The notes: generated from the letters alone by a model not told the origin. A stretch of 64,000 nucleotides of DNA from Gemmatimonadales bacterium (GCA_044867445.1 JBIOUY010000027.1:18124-82123); one strand, 5' to 3'. Shown: positions 54,870-64,000, counted from the first letter of the stretch. Numbers and translations: made by a program.

Positions 54870-57167
54870 ATGGCCCGCCCGGAAGACTCCAAAGAAAAGC
54901 GCGTTCGCCTCTCGCCCCGCGTCCGTCGAAACATCCTCGTGGGTGTTCTCGCGGTGTTCGCCTTCGTGTGCGCCGTGGCCGTTGCGGCGTGGACCCGTGC
55001 CTGCGCCGGGAACAGTTGCCCCTCCATCGGCGAGCTGGGCGGGTACGATCCCAACCAGGCGTCCAAGATGTACGCGGCCGACGGCCGGCTGATCACCGAC
55101 CTCGGCCTGGAACGGCGGACGGTGGTCCCTCTAGGGGAGATGTCACCCTATGTGAAGGCTGCCTTCATCACCACGGAGGACAAGCGGTTCTACGACCACC
55201 ACGGGATCGACTGGTATCGGGTATTCGGGGCGATCAAGAACAACATCACCAAGTTCCGGGTGGCCGAGGGCTTCTCCACCATCACCATGCAGTTGGCCCG
55301 GAATCTCTGGCCGGAGGACATCAGCGGTCGGGATAAGTCCCTACGGCGCAAGCTGCGGGAGGCCCACGTGGCCAGGGAGATCGAGGCCAAGTTCCCCAAG
55401 GACAAGATCCTCGAGCTCTATCTTAATCAGATCGACCTGGGCAACCGGGCCTACGGCGTGGAGGCCGCCTCTCAGCGCTACTTCGGGAAATCGGTCCGCG
55501 AGCTCAACGTCGCTGAGGCGGCCACGTTGGCAGCCATTCCCAAGGCTCCCTCACGCTACAATCCCCGGAAGAATCCCAATCTCAGCATTCAGCGCCGCAA
55601 CACGGTCCTCAACCTGCTTCGGGACAACGGGCTGCTCACCGCTGACGAGACCGAGCGCTGGAAGGCGTACCCCCTATTGCTCTCTTCCCGCTCCGACTTC
55701 AGTGGGGTGGCGGAATATTTCGTGGAGTACGTGCGACAGCAGCTCGATGCTCGGTTCGGTTCGGACCTCTACCGTTCCGGGTACCGGATCTACACTACGC
55801 TCGATCTCGACATGCAACAGGCCGCCGAACGGGCGCTGGAAGCGCGACTCGAGGCCATCGAGAGCGGGGCGGACGGGAAGTTCGCCTATCCCAGCTATCG
55901 CCAGTACATGGACTCCAAGTCCGATGCCAGCGACGACAACACCGGCGCGAACAGCCCGTACCTCCAGGGATTGATGGTGACGCTCGAGGCCAAGACCGGC
56001 TCCATTCGCGCGATGGTCGGCGGCCGCGATTTCGAGGACAGCAAGTTCAATCGAGCCACTCAGGCGAGGCGGCAGCCCGGCTCTACCTTCAAGCCGTTCG
56101 TTTACGCAGCGGCGATCGAGGCGGGATACCCACTCTCCTATGTCATGGTCGACGATCCGCTCAGCGTAGAGATCGATCCCACGGAGCCGCCGTGGAATCC
56201 GCAGAACTACGATCTCGAGTTCGATGGAGCGATGACGTTGCGCCGAGCCCTGTATCTCTCCCGCAACATCATCGCCATCAAGCTGGGAATGGAGATCGGT
56301 GAGCAAGCGGTGATCAGCGAGGCGACCAAGTTCGGCATTACCACGCGGATTCCACCGGTGCCATCGATCCACATCGGTTCCGCCGACGTCTACCCGCTCG
56401 AGATCATCGCGGCGTATACCGCCTTTGCCAACCTGGGCACTCGCACGCTTCCCAACGCCATTCTCCGGGTCGAAGACCGCAGCGGCAAGATCGTCTGGCA
56501 GCCCACGGTCCGAAGCGTCACGGTGATGGACACGGCCCACGCCTGGCTGATGACGGACGCGCTGCGCGATGTCGTGCGCCATGGCACCGCGGTGGGCTCA
56601 GTAGGATCTCGGATCGATTTTCCCGCCGGGGGAAAGACTGGCACCACCAATGACGGCTACGATGTCTGGTACATCGGATTTACTCCCGACCTCGTCACCG
56701 GGGTGTGGATCGGGTTCGATCAACCCAAGAAGATCAAAGCCAACGCGCAGGGAGGGGTGCTTGCGGCCCCGGCTTGGACCACAATGATGAATGAGGTGTA
56801 CGAGCGGCGCGCGGCTCCGGGGGCATGGCCCCGGCCCGATGGGTTAACCGCCTTGGACATCGATAAGACTACCGGCTACAAAGCGACTCCGTTCTGCCCC
56901 AAGGACGTGCACTACATCGAGTCGTTCATCCCCGGGACCGAGCCAACCGCCTTCTGTCCGATCCACTCACCCTTCGGCTCGCTGGGCGGCGTCATGGGCG
57001 GTGTCGGGGCTGGGCCCGCGGCGGCTGGTTCGCCGCCAACTGCGCCGGCCTCCGGCACCGGCAAACCTGGGGTTCCGCAGCGGCCTACACCGGCCGACAC
57101 TACCCCCACTGGAACCACCTCGGGCGTAATGGGGGGTGCAGGCCCTCCACCGAGCTCCCAGCGCTAG
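54870..57167 (+). CDS. class A penicillin-binding protein (transglycosylase/transpeptidase, PBP1A type)
   Basis: GT51 motifs (EDKRFYDHHGID, GFSTITMQLARN). Transpeptidase motifs STFKP, SRN and KTGTT. Start set at the ATG at 54870, followed by a TM anchor. Confidence 0.9.
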   Translation: MARPEDSKEKRVRLSPRVRRNILVGVLAVFAFVCAVAVAAWTRACAGNSCPSIGELGGYDPNQASKMYAADGRLITDLGLERRTVVPLGEMSPYVKAAFITTEDKRFYDHHGIDWYRVFGAIKNNITKFRVAEGFSTITMQLARNLWPEDISGRDKSLRRKLREAHVAREIEAKFPKDKILELYLNQIDLGNRAYGVEAASQRYFGKSVRELNVAEAATLAAIPKAPSRYNPRKNPNLSIQRRNTVLNLLRDNGLLTADETERWKAYPLLLSSRSDFSGVAEYFVEYVRQQLDARFGSDLYRSGYRIYTTLDLDMQQAAERALEARLEAIESGADGKFAYPSYRQYMDSKSDASDDNTGANSPYLQGLMVTLEAKTGSIRAMVGGRDFEDSKFNRATQARRQPGSTFKPFVYAAAIEAGYPLSYVMVDDPLSVEIDPTEPPWNPQNYDLEFDGAMTLRRALYLSRNIIAIKLGMEIGEQAVISEATKFGITTRIPPVPSIHIGSADVYPLEIIAAYTAFANLGTRTLPNAILRVEDRSGKIVWQPTVRSVTVMDTAHAWLMTDALRDVVRHGTAVGSVGSRIDFPAGGKTGTTNDGYDVWYIGFTPDLVTGVWIGFDQPKKIKANAQGGVLAAPAWTTMMNEVYERRAAPGAWPRPDGLTALDIDKTTGYKATPFCPKDVHYIESFIPGTEPTAFCPIHSPFGSLGGVMGGVGAGPAAAGSPPTAPASGTGKPGVPQRPTPADTTPTGTTSGVMGGAGPPPSSQR

Positions 57168-57168
57168 C

Positions 57169-58419
57169 ATGCCAGCCCGCCGCCTGGCGGCCCGGTGGGT
57201 GATCCCGATGGAGGACCACCCGATCGAGCGGGGTGCGGTGCTGATCGGTGACGATGGCCGGATCATCGCGGTGGGTCCGGATGAGCAGGTTGCTCGTTCT
57301 TCCGACGTGCCGGCCGAGGAATTCGGGAATGCCGCCCTGCTCCCCGGGCTGATCAATACCCATACCCATCTGGAGCTCACCGGTCTCCAAGGGGAAGGCG
57401 CCGAGCCTGACTTCCCCCGCTGGATCATGAGCGTGCGTGAGCGCAAGGCGGCTCGCACCCGAGAGCAGTTTCTCGCGGCTGCACATGCCGGACTCGCGGC
57501 CTGTTGGGCCGCTGGGGTAACCACCGTCGCCGATACCGGAGATTCCGGCGCGGTGATTCAGGCCCTGGCCCAAGCCGGCGGCTCCGGGATTGCGTACCAG
57601 GAAGTCTTTGGAGCTCATCCCGACGATGTCGGCGTGAGCCTCCCGGGGCTTCAGGCCAGGGTCGAGGCTCTCGGCGCCTTCGCCACCGGCCGAGTCCGGA
57701 TGGGAGTCTCGCCCCATGCTCCGTATACGGTCAGCGGTCGACTCTATGCCGCGACGGCCGAATGGGCTCGGGCTGAGTCCCTTCCGCTAGCGGCGCATGT
57801 TGCCGAATCGCCTGCCGAGTGCGACCTTCTCGCCCGGGGAATCGGCGGCTTCGCGGAGGCATGGCGGCGGCGCGGCATTCCGCTGCCGAGCCCTCTGGGT
57901 TGCACGCCACTCGCGTGGCTGGATGAACACGGGGTGCTGGGCGAAAGCACCCTCTGTATCCACGGCATCCAGGTGACCTCGACCGATCTGGACCGAATGC
58001 GAGCTGCCGGGGCGGCCCTCGCACACTGCCCTCTGTCAAATCAGGCCCATGGCCACGGGAGCGCACCGCTGCGGCAGTATCTCGAGCGTGGTATCCGGGT
58101 TGGCCTGGGAACCGATTCGGTCATCAGTGTCGGGATGTTGAACCTCATGGCCGAAGCGCGGGCGGCGCGAGGAGCGGCTGGTCTGGACCCCCACCGCGCC
58201 CTCGCGCTGTGCACATTGGAAGCTGCTCGGGCGCTTGGGCTCGACGGCGAGATCGGGAGCCTCCGGGCCGGAAAGTGGGGGGACTGCACCGTGATCCTGC
58301 TGCCGGCCGATGTGACCGAGCGATCGCTGGTCGAGCGAATCTTGGCAACCGGCCCGGAGGACGTGGTAGCGACCTACCTGTCTGGAGGAGCGGTGTATCG
58401 AGCTCACGCCCGAGTATGA
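57169..58419 (+). CDS. amidohydrolase-superfamily deaminase/chlorohydrolase-like enzyme
   Basis: INTHTHLE metal-binding motif, and downstream HxxE and CIHG/GTDS motifs. Start set at the ATG at 57169, just after the PBP stop. Confidence 0.75.
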   Translation: MPARRLAARWVIPMEDHPIERGAVLIGDDGRIIAVGPDEQVARSSDVPAEEFGNAALLPGLINTHTHLELTGLQGEGAEPDFPRWIMSVRERKAARTREQFLAAAHAGLAACWAAGVTTVADTGDSGAVIQALAQAGGSGIAYQEVFGAHPDDVGVSLPGLQARVEALGAFATGRVRMGVSPHAPYTVSGRLYAATAEWARAESLPLAAHVAESPAECDLLARGIGGFAEAWRRRGIPLPSPLGCTPLAWLDEHGVLGESTLCIHGIQVTSTDLDRMRAAGAALAHCPLSNQAHGHGSAPLRQYLERGIRVGLGTDSVISVGMLNLMAEARAARGAAGLDPHRALALCTLEAARALGLDGEIGSLRAGKWGDCTVILLPADVTERSLVERILATGPEDVVATYLSGGAVYRAHARV

Positions 58420-58862
58420 AGATCCAACGGCATGCGGCAATCCTGCGCGTGGTGCGCGACCGGCGCATCGAAAGCCAGGATGAGCTGCGTGAGGCGTTGG
58501 CCACCGAGGGCTTCGTGGTGACTCAGGCTACGCTCTCCCGTGACATTCGCGAACTCGGCCTGGCCAAGCTGGCCGATCCTCAGGGCGGGGCGTATTACAC
58601 CCATCCGCATCGTGCGGCCGTGCGGCCGGACTTGGCCCAGATCCTGCCGACATTGCTGGTGAGCGTGGATGGGGTAGGACCCCTGCTCGTGATCAAGACG
58701 GCCAGCGGGTCTGCCGGTGCCGTAACCGAAGCCCTGGACCACGCGGGCTGGGCCGAGATCATCGGGACCATCGCCGGGGACGACACGGTCCTGGTCGTCA
58801 CCCGCAGCCAACGGCTGCGTGAATCCATCGCTTCCCGGATCCAGGGACTGGTCAAAAAGTAG
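58416..58862 (+). CDS. argR: arginine repressor
   Basis: RHAAILRVV...ESQDEL...GFVVTQATLSRDIRELGL winged-helix N-terminus. C-terminal GTIAGDDTVLVV motif. ATGA overlap with the upstream gene. Confidence 0.85.
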   Translation: MKIQRHAAILRVVRDRRIESQDELREALATEGFVVTQATLSRDIRELGLAKLADPQGGAYYTHPHRAAVRPDLAQILPTLLVSVDGVGPLLVIKTASGSAGAVTEALDHAGWAEIIGTIAGDDTVLVVTRSQRLRESIASRIQGLVKK

Positions 58863-59042
58863 ACAGGCAACGTCATTCCCTTGCTCGCCTGCTCGGCGTT
58901 CATTACGATTCCAGAGCGCGATTAGCCGGTCTGCATCAGTCCAGCCTACCGGTCCTATCCCGCCGGGCCCGTCTCCCACCCCCGGGGCGAGCGAGGCGGG
59001 TTTCGTGCGTCCTCAACCCGTTTTCGCCACGGAGAAAATCGC

Positions 59043-59597
59043 GTGCGGTGCCTGGCGTTGAATGCCTCCTTCGAGCCACTGACAATGGTGCCGGTGCGGC
59101 GCGCCTTGCGACTCGTCATCGAGGGCAAGGCGGAGATCGTGGAATCCGACGGTCCCGACCTGGTTCGAAGTGAACGCCTGACGCTGCCCAAACCTGCAAT
59201 TATCCGGCTCATCAAGTTCGTGCACGTTCCCCGCCGCTTCCGTCGCCAGGTCACCAACACATTCCTCTTTGCTCGTGATGGTTACCGATGCCAGTTCTGC
59301 CACCGGGGACAGAACGAGCTGCGTCATCGGGAATGCCTGACCCGGGACCATCTGGTCCCGCTCTCTCGCGGGGGCGACAACGAATGGACCAACGTGGTGA
59401 CCGCCTGCAGTTCCTGCAACACTCGCAAGGGTAATCACCTGCCCGAAGAGTGCGGCATGCACCCGCTGATCGTGCCGAGGGAGCCGCACTTCGTACACCT
59501 GTCGTGGGCTGTGCGCCGGCTCTCGGCGGCGCAGGCGAAATACATCAAGTTGTTCTACGGTGAGGAAGCCCTGCGGGCGTTGGGGGGGACGGTCTGA
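59043..59597 (+). CDS. HNH endonuclease-family protein
   Basis: CQFC...LTRDHLVPLSRGG...NVVTACSSCNTRKG, the zinc-finger HNH pattern. GTG start. Confidence 0.8.
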   Translation: MRCLALNASFEPLTMVPVRRALRLVIEGKAEIVESDGPDLVRSERLTLPKPAIIRLIKFVHVPRRFRRQVTNTFLFARDGYRCQFCHRGQNELRHRECLTRDHLVPLSRGGDNEWTNVVTACSSCNTRKGNHLPEECGMHPLIVPREPHFVHLSWAVRRLSAAQAKYIKLFYGEEALRALGGTV

Positions 59598-59601
59598 GGG
59601 C

Positions 59602-59790
59602 GTGAAGCGTGAAAGGTGAAACGTGACAGGTGAAGCGTGAGAGGTGAAAGGTGAAAAGGCGCCAAAATTCGGCTCCTTTTTACTTTTTACGGTTCACGTT
59701 TCACGTCTTTTACGTTCTTTTACGTTTCCCGGTTCACGTTTCACCTGTCACCCGTCACCTGTCACCTGTCACCTTCACCCCTCACTTCAC
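59602..59790. repeat. paired inverted heptamer-array module H (GTGAnnn x8 / about 16 complementary units, AT-rich inner part)
   Basis: The left arm at 59602-59657 is eight exact-period GTGA[A/C/G][A/G][C/G/A] units. aaaaggcgcc pairs with ggctcctttt around the 7-nt loop AAAATTC (59664-59670). The right arm runs to 59790 with CTTTTTA, GTTCACG, TTTCACG and CTGTCAC units. The module starts 5 nt after the HNH stop, and the convergent gene stop (59782) lies inside the right arm. Confidence 0.92.
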
Positions 59791-60465
59791 TCTAAACGCC
59801 GGGCTCCTCGCCTCCAGCCGCAGACTCGGTAGCCCCGCCAGTCGTAGCAGGAACCGCGTTGCTCCGCGGCCCATCGCGTCGCCAATGCTCTCCTTTCCTC
59901 GTGCCACCTCTCCCAGGTCGCCGGCGAGGAAGCGCTCCAACTCGTCAAGATCGGTATCCGACAACGTAGACACCTGCAGCGAGGCGGCATAGTAGTAGGT
60001 GCCGGCGTCGGCAGGCAGCACGTTCACCTGATAGGAGAAGGCGAGAGCGGCACTGAGCGCGTCCAGAGTGGCATATCTCCTCTCCTGTGCCCGGCCTCCT
60101 ACCAGTGTCAGCATGGTGTACTGATCGAGCAACGGCTCGTGACGCATCACGACGTCCCACTCCGCCTGTCGGATGAAGGCGTCGAACCAGCCGGGCTTCG
60201 ACCGCCACACCTCAACTCGGTAATGCAACCGCACCGGGAGCCCGGACCGCAGGGCGGAGAGCCACCGGGTATCCCCCAACAGATTGTGCGAGCGGACAAT
60301 GGGCGCTCGAGCACCGTCGGCGGCAGAATCCCGGGCCAGCCTCACCTCGAGCGACACCGACCCGGTGTCTTGTGCAGCGGCGGGCTCCGCGGGGATCGTC
60401 CCCAGAGCTAGAGGGATGGCCACTGCCCAGGCTCGCCAGACAGCGGTGCCGGGCAGAAGAGGCAT
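59782..60465 (-). CDS. secreted hypothetical protein (possibly DUF4390-like)
   Basis: Signal peptide MPLLPGTAVWRAWAVAIPLALG...AAAQD. The body resembles the family found next to NtrY/NtrX operons, but I cannot confirm that. Start set at the ATG at 60465. Confidence 0.5.
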   Translation of the reverse strand: MPLLPGTAVWRAWAVAIPLALGTIPAEPAAAQDTGSVSLEVRLARDSAADGARAPIVRSHNLLGDTRWLSALRSGLPVRLHYRVEVWRSKPGWFDAFIRQAEWDVVMRHEPLLDQYTMLTLVGGRAQERRYATLDALSAALAFSYQVNVLPADAGTYYYAASLQVSTLSDTDLDELERFLAGDLGEVARGKESIGDAMGRGATRFLLRLAGLPSLRLEARSPAFRVK

Positions 60466-60476
60466 CGCGAAGAACA

Positions 60477-62258
60477 CTAGAACCGGCGCTGCAGCCTGAC
60501 CACGAACTTGACCGGCTCGGCGTCGGTGAGGGCCTTCACCAGATACGCGCCGATCTGGCCTGCATCGATCCCGACCCCGACATCCCACTTCCACTCGTGC
60601 AGGGAGGGAATGCGGTTGACCGGCACTTGACTCGGCCCATCCCCCGCGAGCCAGGCCTTTCCAGCGTCACCCAGCAGCACCAGATCGGCCTCTTCGATGC
60701 CGATGAAGCGCCCGTTGGGTCCACCGTCTCGGTCCCGGAAGCGGTGGCCGAGGTTGAGGCCCAGCCTGGTCCGCACCTCGATTTGGGCGGCGATCATGCG
60801 GTCGCAGAGCGCCAGCTGGGACGGATCGTTGAAGCCTCTCGGTGCGCAGGTGAAGGCCCGGAAGTCATAGCCCGGCATCAGGTCCAGCCCGCCCAGTGAG
60901 ACTCGGCGCTGCACCGGCAGCCGGTCGCCGCCGACCCATCCATCCGCCCGGAGCCGAGCGTTGACCCGGAGCGAGGGCGTGAGCCGTGAATACCGCCGCA
61001 GGTCCAGGGAGAGACGATCGAAGTGGTAGCCACCGAAAAGCGGGGGCGCGGGACGAATGACCTCGGGTAAGGTCACCGGCGCGACGTTATCGCTGGTGGA
61101 GTGCTCGAACCGGGCTCGGAGGAACCAGCCGGTGCTGGGAAGGTCCCGCTCGTTTCGAGTATCGAAGTCCAGCGCCAGGCCGGTGGTAAAGTAGGCGCCG
61201 TCGTCGATCAGCGGATTTCGCCGCCACCGGTCGCTGTTGCGCAGGAGCGACCATGGGTCAGTGGCGCGGACCGAATGTTCGCCGTCGCGACGGAGACTGA
61301 GCTCGAATCGGAGCGGACGCAGCGGCTGAACCCAGGCCGCCGCGCCGCCACCCTGGCGTTCGAAGTAGTCGTGGTAGTCGCGTTGGAGCAGGAACGCGGA
61401 CCAGCCATTCTCGCTGGGTGAGAGTGGCTGGTCCTCGATGGAGCTGGTCTCGCTGTACACTCGCCCCGTGATGCCGGCGACAGCGGTCTTGACCTCGAGG
61501 CGGAGGTTGTACCCGAAATCGCTGCTCAACCGCGAGCCTTCGCTCGCACTCCGCAGGATCCCCCGTAGGTCGAGCCTTGCCACCGAGCCGCGAGTCGGGC
61601 GCAGCTCGAACATCGGCCCGAACACAATGGGCAGCCCTTCTATCCGGTTGTAGGTGCCTCCGGTCCCCAGCGTGAGTGTGGTTCTGACTTTTCCGGTCTG
61701 AAAGCTGGTCCGCGCGGTGGCCAGCTCGGACAGGGGGCGCCGGCGCTCGCGCAGAACCAGTATGCCGTCGGCGTTGCGCAGCACCGGTGCGGCATCCCAG
61801 TACACCCGCTCGCGGCCCTCGTGCTGAGCGTTGGGGGAGCGGATCAGGCGTCCACCAACCACCAGGATGTCCCCGTCCACCACCGCGCCCGGCAGCAGAT
61901 ACAGGGTGCCATTGGCGACCGCGATCGGACCTGAGACCCGGCCCGAGATGCGGAGCGCGCCGCGATACTGCCCCAGACGGCCCTCGAACCGGCTGTCAGG
62001 TGGTAGGCTTACATCTCCCTGCATGCGAGTGGTGGCGGAATCGTTGTAGAAGGCGATCAGGTCGCTGACGACGCTGGACGGAGGCCCGCCGCGCATCACC
62101 GTGTCAATCGGAGGGGCGTCGGGATCGATGACGATGACGCTGTCCTGAGCCCGCAGGCGCGTGACGACGCCGAAGAAGAGAAGAGCATGAAAGGTGAAAC
62201 GTGAAACGTGAAAGGTGAAACGTGAAAGGTGAAGGGCGGAGCGAGGTGATATGGGCAT
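60477..62258 (-). CDS. Omp85-family outer-membrane beta-barrel protein with an N-terminal bactofilin-like/polymer-forming repeat region
   Basis: C-terminal barrel ending ...VRLQRRF (terminal Phe). The N-terminal region has GxxxVxGDIxVVGG-type repeats. The only in-frame starts (ATG 62258, GTG 62273) lie upstream of repeat array I, so the array is translated (SRFTFHVSRFTFHALLFFGVV). Confidence 0.7.
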   Translation of the reverse strand: MPISPRSALHLSRFTFHVSRFTFHALLFFGVVTRLRAQDSVIVIDPDAPPIDTVMRGGPPSSVVSDLIAFYNDSATTRMQGDVSLPPDSRFEGRLGQYRGALRISGRVSGPIAVANGTLYLLPGAVVDGDILVVGGRLIRSPNAQHEGRERVYWDAAPVLRNADGILVLRERRRPLSELATARTSFQTGKVRTTLTLGTGGTYNRIEGLPIVFGPMFELRPTRGSVARLDLRGILRSASEGSRLSSDFGYNLRLEVKTAVAGITGRVYSETSSIEDQPLSPSENGWSAFLLQRDYHDYFERQGGGAAAWVQPLRPLRFELSLRRDGEHSVRATDPWSLLRNSDRWRRNPLIDDGAYFTTGLALDFDTRNERDLPSTGWFLRARFEHSTSDNVAPVTLPEVIRPAPPLFGGYHFDRLSLDLRRYSRLTPSLRVNARLRADGWVGGDRLPVQRRVSLGGLDLMPGYDFRAFTCAPRGFNDPSQLALCDRMIAAQIEVRTRLGLNLGHRFRDRDGGPNGRFIGIEEADLVLLGDAGKAWLAGDGPSQVPVNRIPSLHEWKWDVGVGIDAGQIGAYLVKALTDAEPVKFVVRLQRRF

Positions 62259-62287
62259 ACGATGGTCCTTCACTGTTCACGTTTTAT
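62187..62287. repeat. paired inverted heptamer-array module I (GTGAAAC/GTGAAAG x7 with a short complementary arm)
   Basis: The left arm at 62187-62235 has strict 7-nt period. The right arm at 62267-62287 is ccttcac tgttcac gttttat. The left arm overlaps the 5' coding end of the Omp85-like gene. Confidence 0.85.
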
Positions 62288-62304
62288 GCCTTTGGTGCTG
62301 CGCT

Positions 62305-63675
62305 TCAGGTCTCACGTTTGTCGCTGTTGCCGATGCCCAACCGCCGCATGCGCCGATACAGGTTGGCCCGATCGGTCTGGAGTACGCGCGCGGCCTCAGC
62401 CACGTTGCCCTGGGACTGAGCCAGCGCGGCCGCGATGAGCCCGTGCTCGAATTCATCCAGCGCATCGTTGAGTGGCCGGCCCAGGGCCGCCGCCGCTGCC
62501 GGCGGGATCGGAGTAGGGCGAAGCACCTGGCGCACCGCCGGCGCGTCCACCACGGGGCCGCTCAGGATGCTGAGCCGCTCGACCAGGTTGGCCAGCTCCC
62601 GCACGTTACCCGGCCAGGGGTAGGAGCCCAACGCGTCTATCGCTGCCGGAGTGAACGCTACGCCGTCTCGGGGCCGTACCCGCTCGGCCAGATGGGACAC
62701 CAGCGCGGGCAAGTCCTGCAGCCGCTGCCGGAGCGGCGGCAGGTGGATGGGGAAGACGTTGAGCCGGAAAAACAGATCTTCTCGAAAATTTCCCTCGGCA
62801 ACCTCGACGTCTAGCCGGCGGTTGGTGGCCGATACAATCCGGACATCCACTCGCACCGTGTGCTCCGCACCGATCCGCTGGAGATCGCCGGTCTCCAAAG
62901 TCCGCAGCAATTTGGCCTGAGCCTCGGCGCTCAGGTCGCCGATTTCGTCGAGGAAGAGCGTGCCGCCATGCGCCAGCTCGAAACGGCCCAGGCGCCTCTC
63001 GGTGGCCCCGGTGAAGGCCCCGCGCTCGTGCCCGAACATCTCGCTCTCCACCAGGTCGCGAGGAATGGCGGCGCAGTTCACGGTGACGAACGGCCGCTGG
63101 GCCCGTTGACTCGCCGCGTGGATCGCGGCAGCGACCAACTCCTTCCCCGTACCCGAGTCGCCGGTGATGAGTACCCGTGCCTCGGTTGGGGCGACTCTGG
63201 CGATGAGGGCCCTGACGTCCTGCATGGCCGGGCTATCGCCGATGAGGGTACCTCGCGGTGCCAGCTCCGCCCGAAGCGCGCGGTTCTCGGCCCGGGTCCG
63301 ATTCAGCTCCAGCGCGGCCCGTACGGTCACGAGGACCGACTCCGGCGCGAGCGGCTTCTCCAGGAATTGGAAGGCGCCGAGCTTCACAGCGCGCACCGCA
63401 TCGGTGAGTTGAGCCTTGCCGCTCATCATGATGACCGGGATGTTGCGTCCCCGCTCGCGCATGCGAGCAAGCGTCGCCAGTCCGTCGGGGCCCGGGGGCA
63501 TCAGCAGGTCGAGCAGGACGACGTCGGGATCGGCGTCATCCAGCATGAGCAGCGCGGCGTTCCCATTGGCCGCCTCCGCCACGGTGTAGCCTTCCTCCCG
63601 CAGCAGCGCGGCCAGCATCCGGCGAATGTTGGCTTCGTCATCCACCAGGAGTACCTGTACCGAGCCGGCGCTCAT
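62305..63675 (-). CDS. sigma-54-dependent response regulator (NtrX/NtrC family)
   Basis: REC domain (LLVDDE...DLLMPPG). GDSGTGKE Walker A, GAFTGA loop (ERGAFTGA) and a C-terminal HTH. Confidence 0.9.
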   Translation of the reverse strand: MSAGSVQVLLVDDEANIRRMLAALLREEGYTVAEAANGNAALLMLDDADPDVVLLDLLMPPGPDGLATLARMRERGRNIPVIMMSGKAQLTDAVRAVKLGAFQFLEKPLAPESVLVTVRAALELNRTRAENRALRAELAPRGTLIGDSPAMQDVRALIARVAPTEARVLITGDSGTGKELVAAAIHAASQRAQRPFVTVNCAAIPRDLVESEMFGHERGAFTGATERRLGRFELAHGGTLFLDEIGDLSAEAQAKLLRTLETGDLQRIGAEHTVRVDVRIVSATNRRLDVEVAEGNFREDLFFRLNVFPIHLPPLRQRLQDLPALVSHLAERVRPRDGVAFTPAAIDALGSYPWPGNVRELANLVERLSILSGPVVDAPAVRQVLRPTPIPPAAAAALGRPLNDALDEFEHGLIAAALAQSQGNVAEAARVLQTDRANLYRRMRRLGIGNSDKRET

Positions 63676-64000
63676 TTGCCCAGCATCCTGACCACGAAGG
63701 TTGCGCCGCCGCCGGGTGTCTGCTCGACCGTGATCGTCCCCCGGTGCATCTCCACCGTCTGTTTGGCGAGCGCCAGGCCGAGTCCGGTGCCGCCGCTCTT
63801 TCCGGTGCAGTAGGGGTCGAAGATCCGGCCGTCCAACTCCGGCGGAATGCCTGGCCCGTGGTCTCGAATCACGACCCTGACCGCTCCGTCGGGAGCTGGA
63901 GCGGCCATGATCTCGATGTCCCCCTGACCATCACACGCCTCTACCGCGTTGCGTAGGATGTTGCTGAAGGCCCGGCGTAGCGGATCGTAGTGACCCAAGA
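63672..64000 (-). CDS. sensor histidine kinase, C-terminal HATPase_c part only (N-terminus beyond the window)
   Basis: N-box NILRNAVEA, G1 DHGPGI and G2 GGTGLGLA. The stop overlaps the regulator start (ATGA-type coupling). Confidence 0.85.
   Translation of the reverse strand, partial: LGHYDPLRRAFSNILRNAVEACDGQGDIEIMAAPAPDGAVRVVIRDHGPGIPPELDGRIFDPYCTGKSGGTGLGLALAKQTVEMHRGTITVEQTPGGGATFVVRMLGK

Noticed and set aside
58863-59042. The 180-bp argR-HNH spacer as a regulatory RNA or terminator.
   Set aside because: There is only a weak GC-rich stem (cccgcc...ggcggg followed by TTT), with a large irregular interior. I saw no repeats or conserved motif. The evidence is insufficient.
59043-59597. The HNH endonuclease as part of a restriction-modification or homing element.
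   Set aside because: There is no adjacent methyltransferase, specificity subunit, intein or intron context. This stand-alone HNH family of about 180 aa is common in chromosomes.

Overview
This is a high-GC bacterial chromosomal window, roughly two-thirds G+C by eye, and it is densely coding. I found no rRNA, tRNA, CRISPR array, transposase or integrase. The gene content is mostly housekeeping.

**Gene content**
- An Omp85/TamB pair lies at the left edge.
- Two sigma-54 response regulators are present, at 7531 and 62305.
- A 21-gene co-directional minus-strand block runs from lgt to yebC (17645-33551). It contains tsaD, rpe, rsmB, thiGSE, fmt, def, yajC, tgt, queA and ruvBAC.
- An envelope-glycan locus (34714-48285) holds a GT9 heptosyltransferase, a PorX-like REC-PglZ regulator, an MsbA-like exporter, nine glycosyltransferases and a methyltransferase.
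- The remaining genes include tyrS, a class A PBP, argR and an NtrY/NtrX-like operon.
- The content is compatible with a Gemmatimonadota/FCB-like soil bacterium. I cannot verify the taxonomy from sequence alone.

**Most unusual signal**
- The signal is non-coding. At least ten intergenic modules share one architecture: a tandem array of about 7-nt units, a unique core, then the reverse-complement array.
- Most arrays are of the GTGAnnn type.
- Each module can fold into a long hairpin and abuts the stop codon of the neighbouring gene.
- Each presents stop codons in all three frames to ribosomes entering from either side.
- Two modules sit inside operons (thiS|thiG and ruvA|ruvB).
- One module carries a frameshifted four-helix-bundle gene of the 23S-rRNA-IVS-protein family.
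- Several modules share a GATCCCTCGCTGCGCTCGGGATGA-like core motif.

**Other observations**
- A decayed DnaB-type helicase fragment lies at 34144-34306.
- A low-GC 335-bp convergent intergenic region may be a structured RNA or a gene relic.
- A patatin-ferredoxin fusion is present.

**Method**
- I re-evaluated many start codons from the ORF track, because the open strand of the repeat arrays creates false N-terminal extensions.
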